Positions 1-11,738 of a DNA stretch of 64,000 nt are shown here, piece after piece. Below the pieces are notes generated by a model that searched no databases, was not told where the DNA came from, and was given only the letters and a program-made list of their open reading frames with translations. The position numbers and the translations under genes are program-made. Each line of letters opens with the position of its first letter. The stretch's first letter is position 1. This DNA is from Lingula anatina (Eukaryota; Animalia; Brachiopoda): the NCBI GenBank assembly GCA_051362555.1, contig CM120648.1, forward strand, positions 9,978,587-10,042,586, given 5' to 3'.

Positions 1-373
1 CCCCCACCCCCAATAACATGTTTTGCCAATATCTTATCACTTCATTTCTTCCTGTCTTGAAATAGATTTTTATCATTCACTTTTATAGTAACACCTCCGC
101 ACTGGTCGGTATGCCTGGGATAGCTGCGTCTGATAAGTGAAAATCCTTACCTGTTGATATTGCAAAACAATTAGTATGCAAATCGCCTGAAGTCACTGTG
201 GTTCACATATCGCTTCCCATTAGATTAAGTGTATGTAAAGTGCCCATTTATACTGTAACGGCGAGTGCCACTTTGTAACGGCGCGGTGTATGATAAAGAG
301 AGAGAGGAAATAGTTTTCCTAATACAATATTTTATTTCTTCCAAAACTATTGTTACAGTCATAGGTACAGTAG

Positions 374-558
374 CAGGGGCGGATCCAGAGATATTTTCTG
401 ACAGTCTTCCAAATCATCTTTTTTCATTAATCCTCCATTTTTGACCGTCTTCCAACAGAAAAATAAGATACCAATCAAAAATAAATTAAATTGTAATTTG
501 TAAAATTGAAAATCTGACTGTCTACCAGAAGACCCAGAAGACGGCCTCAATCCGCCCA
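374..558. mobile_element. MITE-like repeat with CAGGGGCGGATCCAG terminus; second copy at 29505-29673
   Basis: Imperfect terminal inverted repeat (caggggcggat...atccgccc). The interior is clearly similar to 29505-29673 (atattttctgaca...tcttcc...gaagacccaga). Confidence 0.6.
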
Positions 559-744
559 TAAGTAGGGGCACCAACAGGTAATTTAGGTAGAGCAAAGCAC
601 CTCATTAAAACAGTGCTCACAGTTGTTCCAGTGACGGAGTGTCTGTATTTCAGACTTAAGGTCTTCGGTCCTTGTTTTCCTACATGTGCTTAGGATGAGG
701 TGATATGTTTGCAATATTATAGATCACATCCAACAACCTCCTAT

Positions 745-1078
745 TTAAGGAGATTACAATTCTTGGTATGAGATCTATATTTCTCATTAAAAACATTTTT
801 AAACAACTCATAAAAATATAATATATTCTGTTTTACCACAAAAACGGCAGTTATAGCTATTATTCTGATATCTGAGCTTGTCATCAGACCACGTGACCTC
901 CATAGATGGCTATACTCTGTAATAACATAAAACCAAACTTAAAAAAAAAAAAAAAAACGGGGACTAACTTCGAATGTAGAAATGGATTAGTTAACCACTG
1001 GTAAGTATGGGAAAATTGTTGTTTACTCCGGGAAAATTCATTTTTTTTCGCCAAAACGAACAGTTATTATCCCTTTAA
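745..1078. mobile_element. TTAA-flanked non-autonomous element (Kolobok-like MITE); second copy at about 9536-9903
   Basis: TTAA at 745-748 and 1075-1078. The interior is near-identical to 9557-9900. The paralogous intergenic block near 10670-10690 lacks it (empty site). Confidence 0.65.
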
Positions 1079-1159
1079 ATGTACAATCCATTCACTCACT
1101 ACCAGCTGTGCTTTCTCTACAACGCAGAGGTCAAGACTGGAATAATGATCATTATGGAA

Positions 1160-1518
1160 ATACCAGGGTGGTAATGTTTTCATTTCCGTCTGTCTGTCTG
1201 TCTGTCCGTCCGTCTGCCTGACTATCTGTCTTTTTGTTTGTTTGATATTTTGTTTGTTTGTCAGCTCCCTAACCGAAAAAGGTATGGATGCATGGATATA
1301 AATGGTTTTTTTTAGGGTAGCCCAGAAATTGTTAGATTTTGGAGGTGCTCAGATATTAGGATCGTCATCTGGATCCAAGATTTTTTAAAAAGTTCCTTTG
1401 CCATGGTGAAACAGGGCCGATGACCTTGACCTTGTTCTGTGGATGCCTCCACCCTACCACACTTTACCACTTCAGGGTCCTTGGTGTAGGACTGCGTTCT
1501 CAGGGGCCCTTTCTAATT
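1160..1518 (+). mobile_element. Helentron/HINE-like non-autonomous repeat; related copies at about 10791-11128 and 37488-37725
   Basis: Start motif ...ggtaatgttttc, a (TGTC)n microsatellite and a ggactgcgttct end motif are shared with the other two copies. Family assignment is from remembered consensus features. Confidence 0.45.
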
Positions 1519-1923
1519 GTGAATAGTATCACTTCATTCTAGTATCATTTAAACGTCTTCTGGCCGTTTATAGTAAACAATACTATTTGCCTTACTGAAC
1601 AGGCGTTGAAAATGGGATTTTTTTTTCGCGGGAAGACCAAAACGTCAATTATAAGTCTAATGTCGTTGTGAGTTTGCGCTCTTAGTGCGAACTTTTCTTT
1701 GCTGTTGTATTTTCCTCAGAAAGGTAAGTGCAGGGTCGCGTGTTTTCCTCTTGATTTCTTTTTTAACCCTGTAAATAAAAGTCAAACTGTAGAATACCTC
1801 ATACCTGACATGCAGCTTGGAAAATACTTTTTATAAGACGGATGGGAGATTAAGAGTTAGTCCTTTACATCAAATCACTGTCAGCACATATAAAAAAGGT
1901 GTCTTGTACTTTTTAAAGTCCAC

Positions 1924-4900
1924 TTACTTAGGAAACATTTCATGAGCACGTTCGTAGTTTATTGCCCAGTAGGTATTATTGACCTCTTTGTCATACTTGG
2001 TGTCCATTATTCCCTTCCATACGGTCTGAAATTAAATAGAAAACGTCTTTAGAGGGCAGGTTATAGGTCATAGAGGCTATGGCAGATTTTTGGGAGGGTG
2101 AGTTATGAAGCTTGGCAATAAAATACATACAATAGACGATGTCAATTTTACTGTGATGAATAAAGCAAAGGTATGGAAATTTGTTTCTGTCTCGTTTTAA
2201 GTTTTTTGTTTCATAAAAGTCGCGTGGGCTACACGAGGGAAGTTCCGAAGGTAAAAGGGTGTCCACGTGGTATAATCTCCTAAATTTCAATTACATGTAT
2301 TGTACACGTGGGAACTCTGCCCCTGTCTCTCCTCCCATCTTGCGTTGCAAGTACATCAATAAAAGAAACATGAGGTAAAACAAGTCATTCCGGGGCTGCA
2401 TATACAGGGCATTTGCGTAAATAAGGTAGCGGACACTTATGAACGTAAAACTGAATATAAAGAACCCTGAAGCTCATTTGGATTGCAGTTTAAAGGGACC
2501 ATATATCCAACTTACAATTACCAAAAATTTTTAAAATAAAAAACATAAATTCCATAATTATTTTTGCAGTAATATCTGCGTCCCATATATGGGACAATAT
2601 GGAGTATAAAAACAAAAAATATGGCGTTTTTTTCAGATTGAATTTTTAAATAGATAGAATGTAGATAAGGACAGTTTTATATCAATTAAGGGTCAGATAG
2701 ACAATTACATATTTTATTATTTCTGTGTTTTTAAAAATCATCTGTATATTTCAATATGTTTATTTTATGTTCTCCTTTAATGTATTAACCCGCAACTCAA
2801 TACCCAATTACCCCCTCTTAAAGGGTTTGCTTCATGCCGTCAGAATGGCCTGAACGGAACATATTCTTCAGAAAACATGCCCAACTAACGATATCTTTAT
2901 CCAAATACACAAATTAAAAGCTCATTTTGTAAATTTTTGGCTTTAAAAAACGTCCTATTTGCTCGGCCTGGGAGTTAATGAGCTACGTGGTCACGTGGTC
3001 CAATGACGACAATCGAGCCACTGGAGAACAGAGCGTGCTTAGCTGTCAAACTGAGCTGCATTGTCTACCTGTAAGATGACTTCTCTGGCTTCTGATAAAA
3101 GTTTATACTCATTCAAATATCTTACCCGAGGGGTCTAAATCATCGTGAAGCTGTGTAAAACCATTTCCCGTCTAGTCATTTCTTTAACAATCATTTCATT
3201 ATAGTTATCCCAAGTTGTATAAAACACTGCATTTGAATGAGTTAAGGAAAATGTTGATTATTGCATATGAGGTCCATGTTATTTGTGAAATTCAATTTAT
3301 TTTATTAAACCGCTGACACTCCGTCTTGCATACTTTTATTAAACTGAGGTAAACAATGCCCGTTACCTTTACAAGTCCTATCTTAATCATCCATCTAACT
3401 GGAACTTCCTTTACCTCTTAATTAGAGGGTTAAATGGCATTCAATTTGTCTTGCTTGTATCGAACGCACTCTCTATCTAAGCTTTACTCCAGTTATCTCA
3501 GGTAAAAATCTACCTGTGCGTTAGTTACAAAGCGCAGCTCCCGTAGACCTGGGGGTACTAGATAAAATCTGAACACCAGGTTTATCGAGGAGCTAGAGAA
3601 AGAAAGGAAGAATTTTTCCTGCACAACTTCATAGGAATTTTAACACGGACTTGATCCAGCTTAGACCTCCAAACTAACAGGGTGACATGGGCAATTTTCA
3701 CAAACAAATCATAAAACTATATTTCAGTTAACCGCCTTTAAAATAAATATACCGTTCTGGGTAAATTAAAATAGTTATTAAATCGCAAGAATATTTTTGA
3801 CTTAAATGATGATTTTATTATTAATGGAAATTAAGCTACTATATGAGGTACATTTGCTGTGATTACGCTGTCCTTCATGTTTTGCGTAAGTCTACATTTT
3901 GCTGTATGTGCTTGTAATCTTTTTAAATATGTGCGTACAATTTTTGCAGGTCTGGTTACCCCCCTGTTATGTGATGAGAGTATTAATTTGGCAATTAGTT
4001 CCTTAGCTTATTTGAATAGAATTGCAGTGTAAAATTTTCAACAAGATGTTGGCGAAATAGCCCATTACTCTTTGTAGGTATTTCCCCCGTCAAAGTTCAT
4101 TCCGTACTCAATTTTACCCAAGCAAATTTTTTTCTTGAGTAGATCTTTATAGCACGGTGTTATAAGCTTACAAATTTGCAAAAAAAAAAAAAAAAAAAAA
4201 AAAAAATTGCGTACTGACGCAGAATTTGCGTTTCAAGTTATAAAATGATCAATCTTTTAAATTATTTAATATTTCAGATGAAATAATCTTCAGAAACAAA
4301 TCCTCAAAGCATAAACGAATTAGGATAACGAACCATTTTATTATAGCAGTTCCCATTTTTTCTTTAATATAACGCTCTTTTTCCTGTTTTTCCTCAACAC
4401 GTTTTCTTCCACGGAAGCTTCAAGATACCCTGAGAGCAATTTCTTTTATTTATGTTCGCGACCGTGTTTGAACTTAATTGTTTAAGTATTGATATTTAAC
4501 GTCATTTACAAATACCAATAAAATAACCCATGAAATAAAGGAGATATATTGAAAAATATCAAAGCCCACCAAGACGAGTTTCATACCTGTTATTACCTGG
4601 CTTGGGAATTGCAGCGGTGCATAATTAACAGGTTTGTTGTAAACGAGCTTTTGGTCAACTACAATGCATTTAAAATGCATCAGCAATTAGTAAGTTTGCC
4701 AACTGATGACAGTTAATCTGAAAGACTACCAGCTCTTGATATGATCTAAACCACCTGAGGTGACCATGATCTAGAGCATCGCAACTATTGTCACCGAAGT
4801 TAGTAAGTCACGGAAGACCGTCACAGACAAAGAAAGATTGTCAACGAGAGCTGCAATTTTGGTGAATCCCACGGCAACACACCGAGGCATAACGAAAATT

Positions 4901-7900
4901 CCTCAACTCCGTTCAACACAACTTTCATTAACTCCTCCGTCTGTATGCACCATGGAGTTCAGTTGAGTCTCATAGACCATTATCGTGATTGTCGTCACAG
5001 TACCACGTGACCCAGATCTGTTGCTTCATTTTTGCATATTGAGGTGAGGTTTACTAAAACGCTTTTTTTCTACTAATAGATTGTTTTTATAATTTTTAAA
5101 TGGCGGGGATCGATTAAAACATACCTCTAGTGTATAGATTGAGTGCTGTATCTTCAAAATTCGAGAAATGGATTTTTACATGAACATTGTCCTTTAAGCA
5201 TCTTGTCCGATGCTGACCATCATATAAGGTTTTGAAAATAATCACAAATCATTTTTATTGAGATTTGATCGTAAACAGTTCACTCTTTACGCTAAAGTTC
5301 TGCCATAACATACCTTCATCATGCTGTTTTGGTCAACATTAAATTTTATCCACGTGTAAGTTGGTCGATACTCTGTTGCTAGTCGGGTGTAGTTCAATGT
5401 ATTCAGTCCATCAATCATCGTCCCGTATTGCTTATACAGCTTCGATGCAAACTGGCTCATTTTGAAACTATGGATGGTTTGAAAGGATAATCATTATACA
5501 ACGAAAGCTATGCAACATTGACATTTTGCAGACTATACTAATATGTCACTGCATGCTGTTACTTTAACATTACGAGGGGGGGCCAAATAAATTTTCACAA
5601 AAGATAATGTCAACGGGATTAATCAATCGTTTTTGATAGACACGTTAAAGGTTATTTTTCCTAATTTAATCTGTCACAAATAGTAGTGTTTTGCAACATA
5701 TAAAAGCACAGAAATAAAAAAAAATTGTCACTTAAGTCGCCTCTACCTCACCCTATTCACACTATTATAAATAATAACTTACTTCTCCTTGTTGTCGTAG
5801 CCAGGTGGATGCGTGTGGTTTAAAACCCTGTACATTCCCATATGTGTGTGCGCATGCTCAATGGGAACTTTTTGAGCGACAATCCTAGAAAAACAAATTC
5901 GCCTTTTCAAGATGATTTTCAATCGGCTGAATTGACATCCACTTGGGGCACGCTTTTATCGATATTATACGTATACCTTTCTGTGGTCTGCGAAACGACG
6001 CAGTGACCGAAAACAAAAAAATCCCTACCTTAGATTAGTCTTGTTTTTGAGAGACTCTTCTAGAAAAACAAGATCGCTTTTTCAAGATGATTTTCAACCG
6101 GCTGAATAGACATTCACTTGGGTGCTCTCTTATCGATATTACTTTACTGTGGTCTACAAAAACTCAGTGGCCGAAAACACTGCTGTCTATGGGGATAGGA
6201 AACGTTTCACCAAATTATTTTGTTCATGCAATTTTGCAGGTACTTTTTAGCATGGCCGTCAATGGGAAATTATTTGATGATTTCTGCCCTGAAGGTTAAT
6301 CTAATATATCCGGCTTATTTATATCAGAAACCCCAGCTTGAGAATGAGGAGCACCAGTTTTTTACCCATTTTTGGTGGGTTATGCCAGGAATCTAGCACA
6401 GATGTAAATATATCCTTCACGTCATTTATTCAACTTACCTGTGAAAAAGATCGTCGTCGTCTCCTCCCCATCGTATGAAATTATTAGCGAACCCGTTTAT
6501 TTTCTTGAATGTGTCAGGAGTGAATCCAATAGCTCCTCCTATGTAGTTTGGGTACAACAGGCTAAAACAGAATTCAGACGTCGATACATACATTTGCATA
6601 CATGTAGTTATATGTATGGTTATCATCAGTTACAATCAGAACTAAAAATATAAGTGCAGTAGATGATTTAAAGAAGAACGGAGAACTTATCTTTTTAATA
6701 TGGTTATGATTGAACATTTCAAACGTTACAGAACATTATATTTAGTCATTTTTCTTTATTTTTTATACTGTTACTTGTTAACGTAAAATAATTTTTTTAA
6801 CTTCGTAAAGTCTTCCGAATGTTTTAATGGATTTTAGACCATCAATGAATTTTTAAAAAAGATAGGGTAACAAAAATATGTTAGATTGTGTAAAGAATTC
6901 TAGAAACTGACCTGTAATTATACCTGTCCTCAGCGGAGGCAAAATGAAAAACTCTGTCAGGAGGACATCTATAGAGCAGTGAATTGTTCATAGGGATTTT
7001 ATCCACGTCTTGAAATATGTAGCAGGTGAAATCAAACATGGCACTAGCCTCGACGAATCCAATATTTTTGGCATACCCCGTGTTAAAAGGTTCTGGGTGA
7101 GCCTGAAGAAATATGAATGCAATGAAGAAGAATGAAAAAACACATGTGTTGTAAACAAATAATAATAATAATAACAATAATAAGTGCCCAAAATGTTGCC
7201 TTTAATTTATTTTACTATAATTACCATTTTTTTGGAAGATGATGTGATGACGCGAACCCTTGGTGTACTTGTACTCAATATACATAGACTCTGAGGCAAC
7301 CGAACGTCTTTTATGAGAGAGAGAGAGGGAGAGAGAGAGAGAGAGAGAGAGGATGAAGATAGCTACGAAGGAACTGGTATTTACTGACCTGCTCAATGAC
7401 AAATATCTGGTAGTGGCACTTCTGACTTTGTAGAAAAGGATGTAGATTTTGGAGGAGAACATCCAGATGTTCTTGTCTGTCACGGTAAGGGATGATGATG
7501 GCCACGTGGTCCCTAGGCTTGCATGATGTAGGTGCCCATCGGCCTCCGGTGGCGACCTCTTTAAACAACTCCATTCTATTTGGCATTGGCAAAAGTCCCA
7601 GATTAACTTGATATGCATTTTCTAAAATCGAAAAAGAAGACAATTTCATAACTTATGTCATAATCATATGACATTTTGTTCATAATCCCCGAAGAAGGCC
7701 CAGGGGCGAAAGCTCGGATTGTATTTTACAGCTATAATGTAGATCTTTCAAGGTGCATCAATATATATACTTCTTTAACTTATGTCAGTAATGTATTTAA
7801 CGGAATATGCACAAAAGTCACTGCAATTGCCATTTTACTCAACCCGTTTTGATGACATGTTGATGACCCTACCCTCTATTACGGTGGCCGATAATATAGG

Positions 7901-8903
7901 CACATTTTCCACATTTCACAGAGAACCAAATGACCGTCTATTTATCTAAAGACGTCTGTGAATATCTTGTGAAAAAACAATCTATGGCCCTGGTAGAGGG
8001 AGGGTAGATTAACCCTAGCTGTGATGTGTGGGAAGTCTCTTATAATAATACTGCATGAGTTTCTTCTCGGTTGGTTCTGCATTGGAAGGTTTATCTCTCT
8101 TAGTGCACGTTTTCCCCAGTTCTCTTTTTAAAGAACAAAGCACCACTTACGTGTAGTTACAAAAAGATATATCCTAAGAGCGCTTCTGTATTTATTGAGA
8201 CTCCGATTGATTCCTCTTTTTGTCCTTACCTAAATTTTCCTCGGTTACTATGCAGATGTCCAGAGATTTGGCGGCCATTCTGTAATTAAATTGGACGTCG
8301 TTTGATTAGTTACAAAGGGTCAGTATTAATCCTTTTTTAAGCTTGAAAAGTTGTTGGTCGTGACTAGTAATTGTTTTGTAGAAAAAATGAAGTGAACGCT
8401 GACTTGAATCCTCCCTTGTTATCCACTCTTTGCTCTCCGTCCAAAGCCAAACTGAACGAGTAGTAGCAGTATACACCAGGCCCGTAGCCAGCAATTTCAA
8501 AAGGGGGGTTCTTTTTCTGAAAAAGTGGACCTTTTCCCATAAAAAACTTCATGTACCTAGATCAAATTTTACTCAGAGTGGACCTTTTCCCAGCAAAAGG
8601 GGCGGTTCTTTCGAACCCCCCGGACCCCCCCCCCCCCCCGGCTACGGGCCTGTACACGTATTTTGATGCAGGACAAATGTCTTGTATGTGACCAGAAGTA
8701 AAATTAGCAATTAACACATCATTGGATAATTTCAACATTCAAAATAACGATATTTGGTCCGTAGTGAAATATTGCAAAGTTCAAAATTAGAATAATGCAA
8801 AAGTGTACCTGACATACATGTACCTGAATATCTTCCGGTTGACTGCAACAATCCAAACTAAATTCACTATAGAGAAGGCAAAGAAGAACGAGAGTAATTT
8901 CAT
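1924..8903 (-). CDS. GT7-family beta-1,4-galactosyltransferase/bre-4-like glycosyltransferase, paralog 1 (344 aa, 8 coding exons)
   Basis: Exons 8903-8824, 8279-8230, 7621-7389, 7102-6912, 6561-6439, 5884-5783, 5467-5314, 2025-1924. All introns are GT-AG and phase-compatible (1035 nt). N-terminal TM anchor MKLLSFFFAFSIVNLVWIVAV; motifs VAIIIPYRDR, QIFVIEQ, FQDVD, INGF, RWGGDDDD, RVLNH. Confidence 0.9.
2490..5197. mobile_element. About 2.7-kb TTAA-flanked Kolobok-like degenerate DNA transposon in the last intron of GT7 paralog 1
   Basis: TTAA-AGGGAC at 2490 and GTCCT-TTAA ending at 5197. Subterminal inverted repeat ggtcacgtggt..tgacgacaatc at about 2989-3013 versus 4987-5013. The homologous intron in paralog 2 is 208 bp versus 3288 bp here. 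Confidence 0.6.
7315..7351. repeat. (GA)n microsatellite, also at the homologous intron position of paralog 2 (14813-14844)
   Basis: Directly visible in both paralogs. Confidence 0.9.
7684..7720 (+). ncRNA. Degenerate minimal type I hammerhead ribozyme motif (core CCGAAGA), antisense to GT7 paralog 1
   Basis: AATCC-CCGAAGA-stem II-GAAA-GCTC-GGATT: perfect 5-bp stem I, palindromic AGCT stem III, U-to-C change in the CUGA core. Confidence 0.45.
8477..8652. mobile_element. MITE with CAGGCCCGTAGCC terminal inverted repeats
   Basis: caggcccgtagcc...ggctacgggcctg, with TACAC duplicated on both flanks. Confidence 0.75.
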
Positions 8904-10188
8904 CTTTGTCTTATATTCTGTTTACACTTCGTTATTCCTGTTTCCTAGCACGAGTAAATGCAAGGTTATCACAGTGTCTTTTCAGTGCATGCAGGTATAT
9001 GTAAATGCATGGTGTTGATTCAGTGGCCAGTGTGCTGTAGACGGAGGGATGTGAAAGTCGGTTATCTACAGACATTGTATGGGAAGCATAATTTTGGGAG
9101 CATAATAGCAGGGTTTTATATGCAGCACTAGTAAATAATCAGATCAACGCAATTATTACGATTGATATCTAGTCTAGCATATCTTGTAAAGCGCATTCCA
9201 TTATTCATGAGTACTTTTCAATGTGCTGTCCAGTTTTACATGTACCGTGTACTTATCTGGTCTTAAAAGTACACATATAAGCGAATTTATGATAATTACG
9301 TATAATTTCTTAGATGGGGTGGCACTGTCCGATACTGAGACACTTTAAAATTTCTCTTAAACCCCAATCAGATAGACACATCGTACTAGTCGGTTCGGCC
9401 CAATTCTACTGAGGATTCTCGCTAAGTGCAGTCAGTGGAATAAGCTTAATTGTCTGACACGCATCCTCGAGCAGCTAGGGGGCAATGAACCCAGCTGCAA
9501 TTAGCCCCAACTGCTCGAGGAGGAGTGTCATTCAGTTAAAGAGATAATGGCTCTTCGTATGAGATCTATATTTCAAGGTAAAAAAAAAAAAAAAAAAAAA
9601 AAAAACATTAGAAACAACTCATAGAAATATAATATATTCTGTTGTACCACAAAAACAGCAGTTTAAGCTATTTTTCTAATATCTGAACTTGTCATCGGAC
9701 CACGTGACCTCAATAAATGGCTATGCTCTGTAATAATCTCTTAAAAGAGATTATTACAAAAAAGCAAACATTTAAGAAAAAAAAAAAGAAACTAACTTTC
9801 AATGAAGAAATGGGTTCATTAACCATTGGTTAGTATGGGAAAATTGTTGTTTTATCCAGGAAAATTCATTTTTTTTTCCAAAACGAACAGTTATTATCCC
9901 TTACAGCGGACTGCTCTAATCGAGTGCCACCACGGAGTAGGATCGCATTTGGTACGTTGTCTATCTGAATGCTCCCTAAACAGAAGGTTAAAGGATCAAA
10001 GGATAATCGCTTTGAATTGTCCATGTTGTATCCGAGATGGCATTGACGTGCTTGATGTTTAGATATCTGAATTTTGATTTTTGTGTCACGCCGCAAAAGA
10101 TTGGTGTTTTAATTTTTTAACTGTCTTACCATTTAGGATAACTGTGCTACTGAAAGCGTCATGATACTGTAGATAATAATAATAATAA

Positions 10189-10227
<39 letters not shown>

Positions 10228-11738
10228 CATTATTTATAGTCTAAAATTCATATAAATTTTAGTAGACCTTACATGGGTAAAATGAACAGAATAAGATAAA
10301 TAAAGACAATAAATAAATGGGCAGTTAAGATATTAAGATATTAAAATGCAATGTAAATGAATATATGGACAGTAAAGAATTTCAGATATTAAAATAGATA
10401 GTATAATGTTAAGATGACAACTAGTAAAATTTATTTTGGATGGTTCACAGCATATATAGGAACATAAAAAATAAATAAATAAAAAAGAGAACATATTTTT
10501 AAAGCCATGATACAGCTAATCTTTAATAAAAAAGTATTGGTATAATTCTAGTGTACTTCAGCACAATGCCGACGACACATCTGACTTGTCTCTTACTATC
10601 TTAACATTCATGTATACAGTATATCACAAGTGATATGTTTGTAATATTACAAATCACGTTCAACGATCTTTCCATTTTAGTGCACGATCCCAACTACCAC
10701 ATTCGTACGATCCCAACTACCGCATTCACTCTCCACCAGCTGTGCCGTCAAAGATCGCGACTAAAATAATGACCATTATGGAAATACTAGTTACCGACGA
10801 TAAGGAGGTAATATTTTCACTTCCGTTTCTCTCCCTGTAAGCTTTTTTTTTGTTTGTTTGTTTGTCACCCGCCCATCTCAAAAGGTTATTGGTGGATATT
10901 ATTGACATTTTCAGGAAAGGCAACAAATTGATTAACTTGGAAGTGATTAGCTTTTGGTGGTGATCAGTGATCGGTAATCTAGATATCTGTCTGGGTCCAA
11001 GTAGCTTTTAACCATTGCGAGATAGGGCCAATGACCTTCTTTGTGCTATGAATGCCTCTTCATCTTCCACATTTTTATCAGTGCAGAGTCCTTAGCGTCA
11101 GTCTGCGCTCTCTGTATGTTTTTGTAGTTGTGAAAAGAATCACCTCATTCTAATCTTATTTTAACGTCTTTTGATTGTTAATAAAATCAGTACTACACTC
11201 CTTACAGAGCATGCGTTAAAAATTGGATGTTTTTAGACGGGAAGATCAAAAACCCTTAATATACATCTTATGTCGTCGTGAGTTTGCACTCTTTGGGCGA
11301 ACTTTCCTGTGCTGTTTTATTTTCTTCAGTGAGATACGTGCAGAGGCGCTTGCTTTCTTCTCCATTTCTTCTTTAATTCTGTTAAAATAAAATTCAAGCC
11401 GAGCAATGGATTACGTCATACCTGGCATGCAACCTGAAAAATTCCGGCGCACTTAGGAGGAAATCTTAGAGTTCGTTATTTGTAATGGCTTATATAAAAA
11501 TATGTAAAATCTTATATGATCGATTATAATGCTTACTCATAAGCTTAAAAGTAGATAAATACCTCATTGGAGGTGACATAAAGATAATAAAAACTATGTT
11601 AGCCATCTAGACCATGTTACTGCATCATATTCTGTCTAATGTTGGTATGATCAAAATGCTGCCAGGACTTATAATTACTGGTTTCAAAACATTAAATGTG
11701 ATTGCATATTTTGTAATTCTCTAGACGGTCAGCACATA

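Noticed and set aside
1991-2290. 99-aa ORF as a separate gene
   Set aside because: Mostly intron; the overlapping GT7 terminal exon is in another frame.
4702-4730. CTGATGA...GAAA as a third hammerhead
   Set aside because: Stem II is marginal and I found no compatible stem III, cleavage triplet or stem I.
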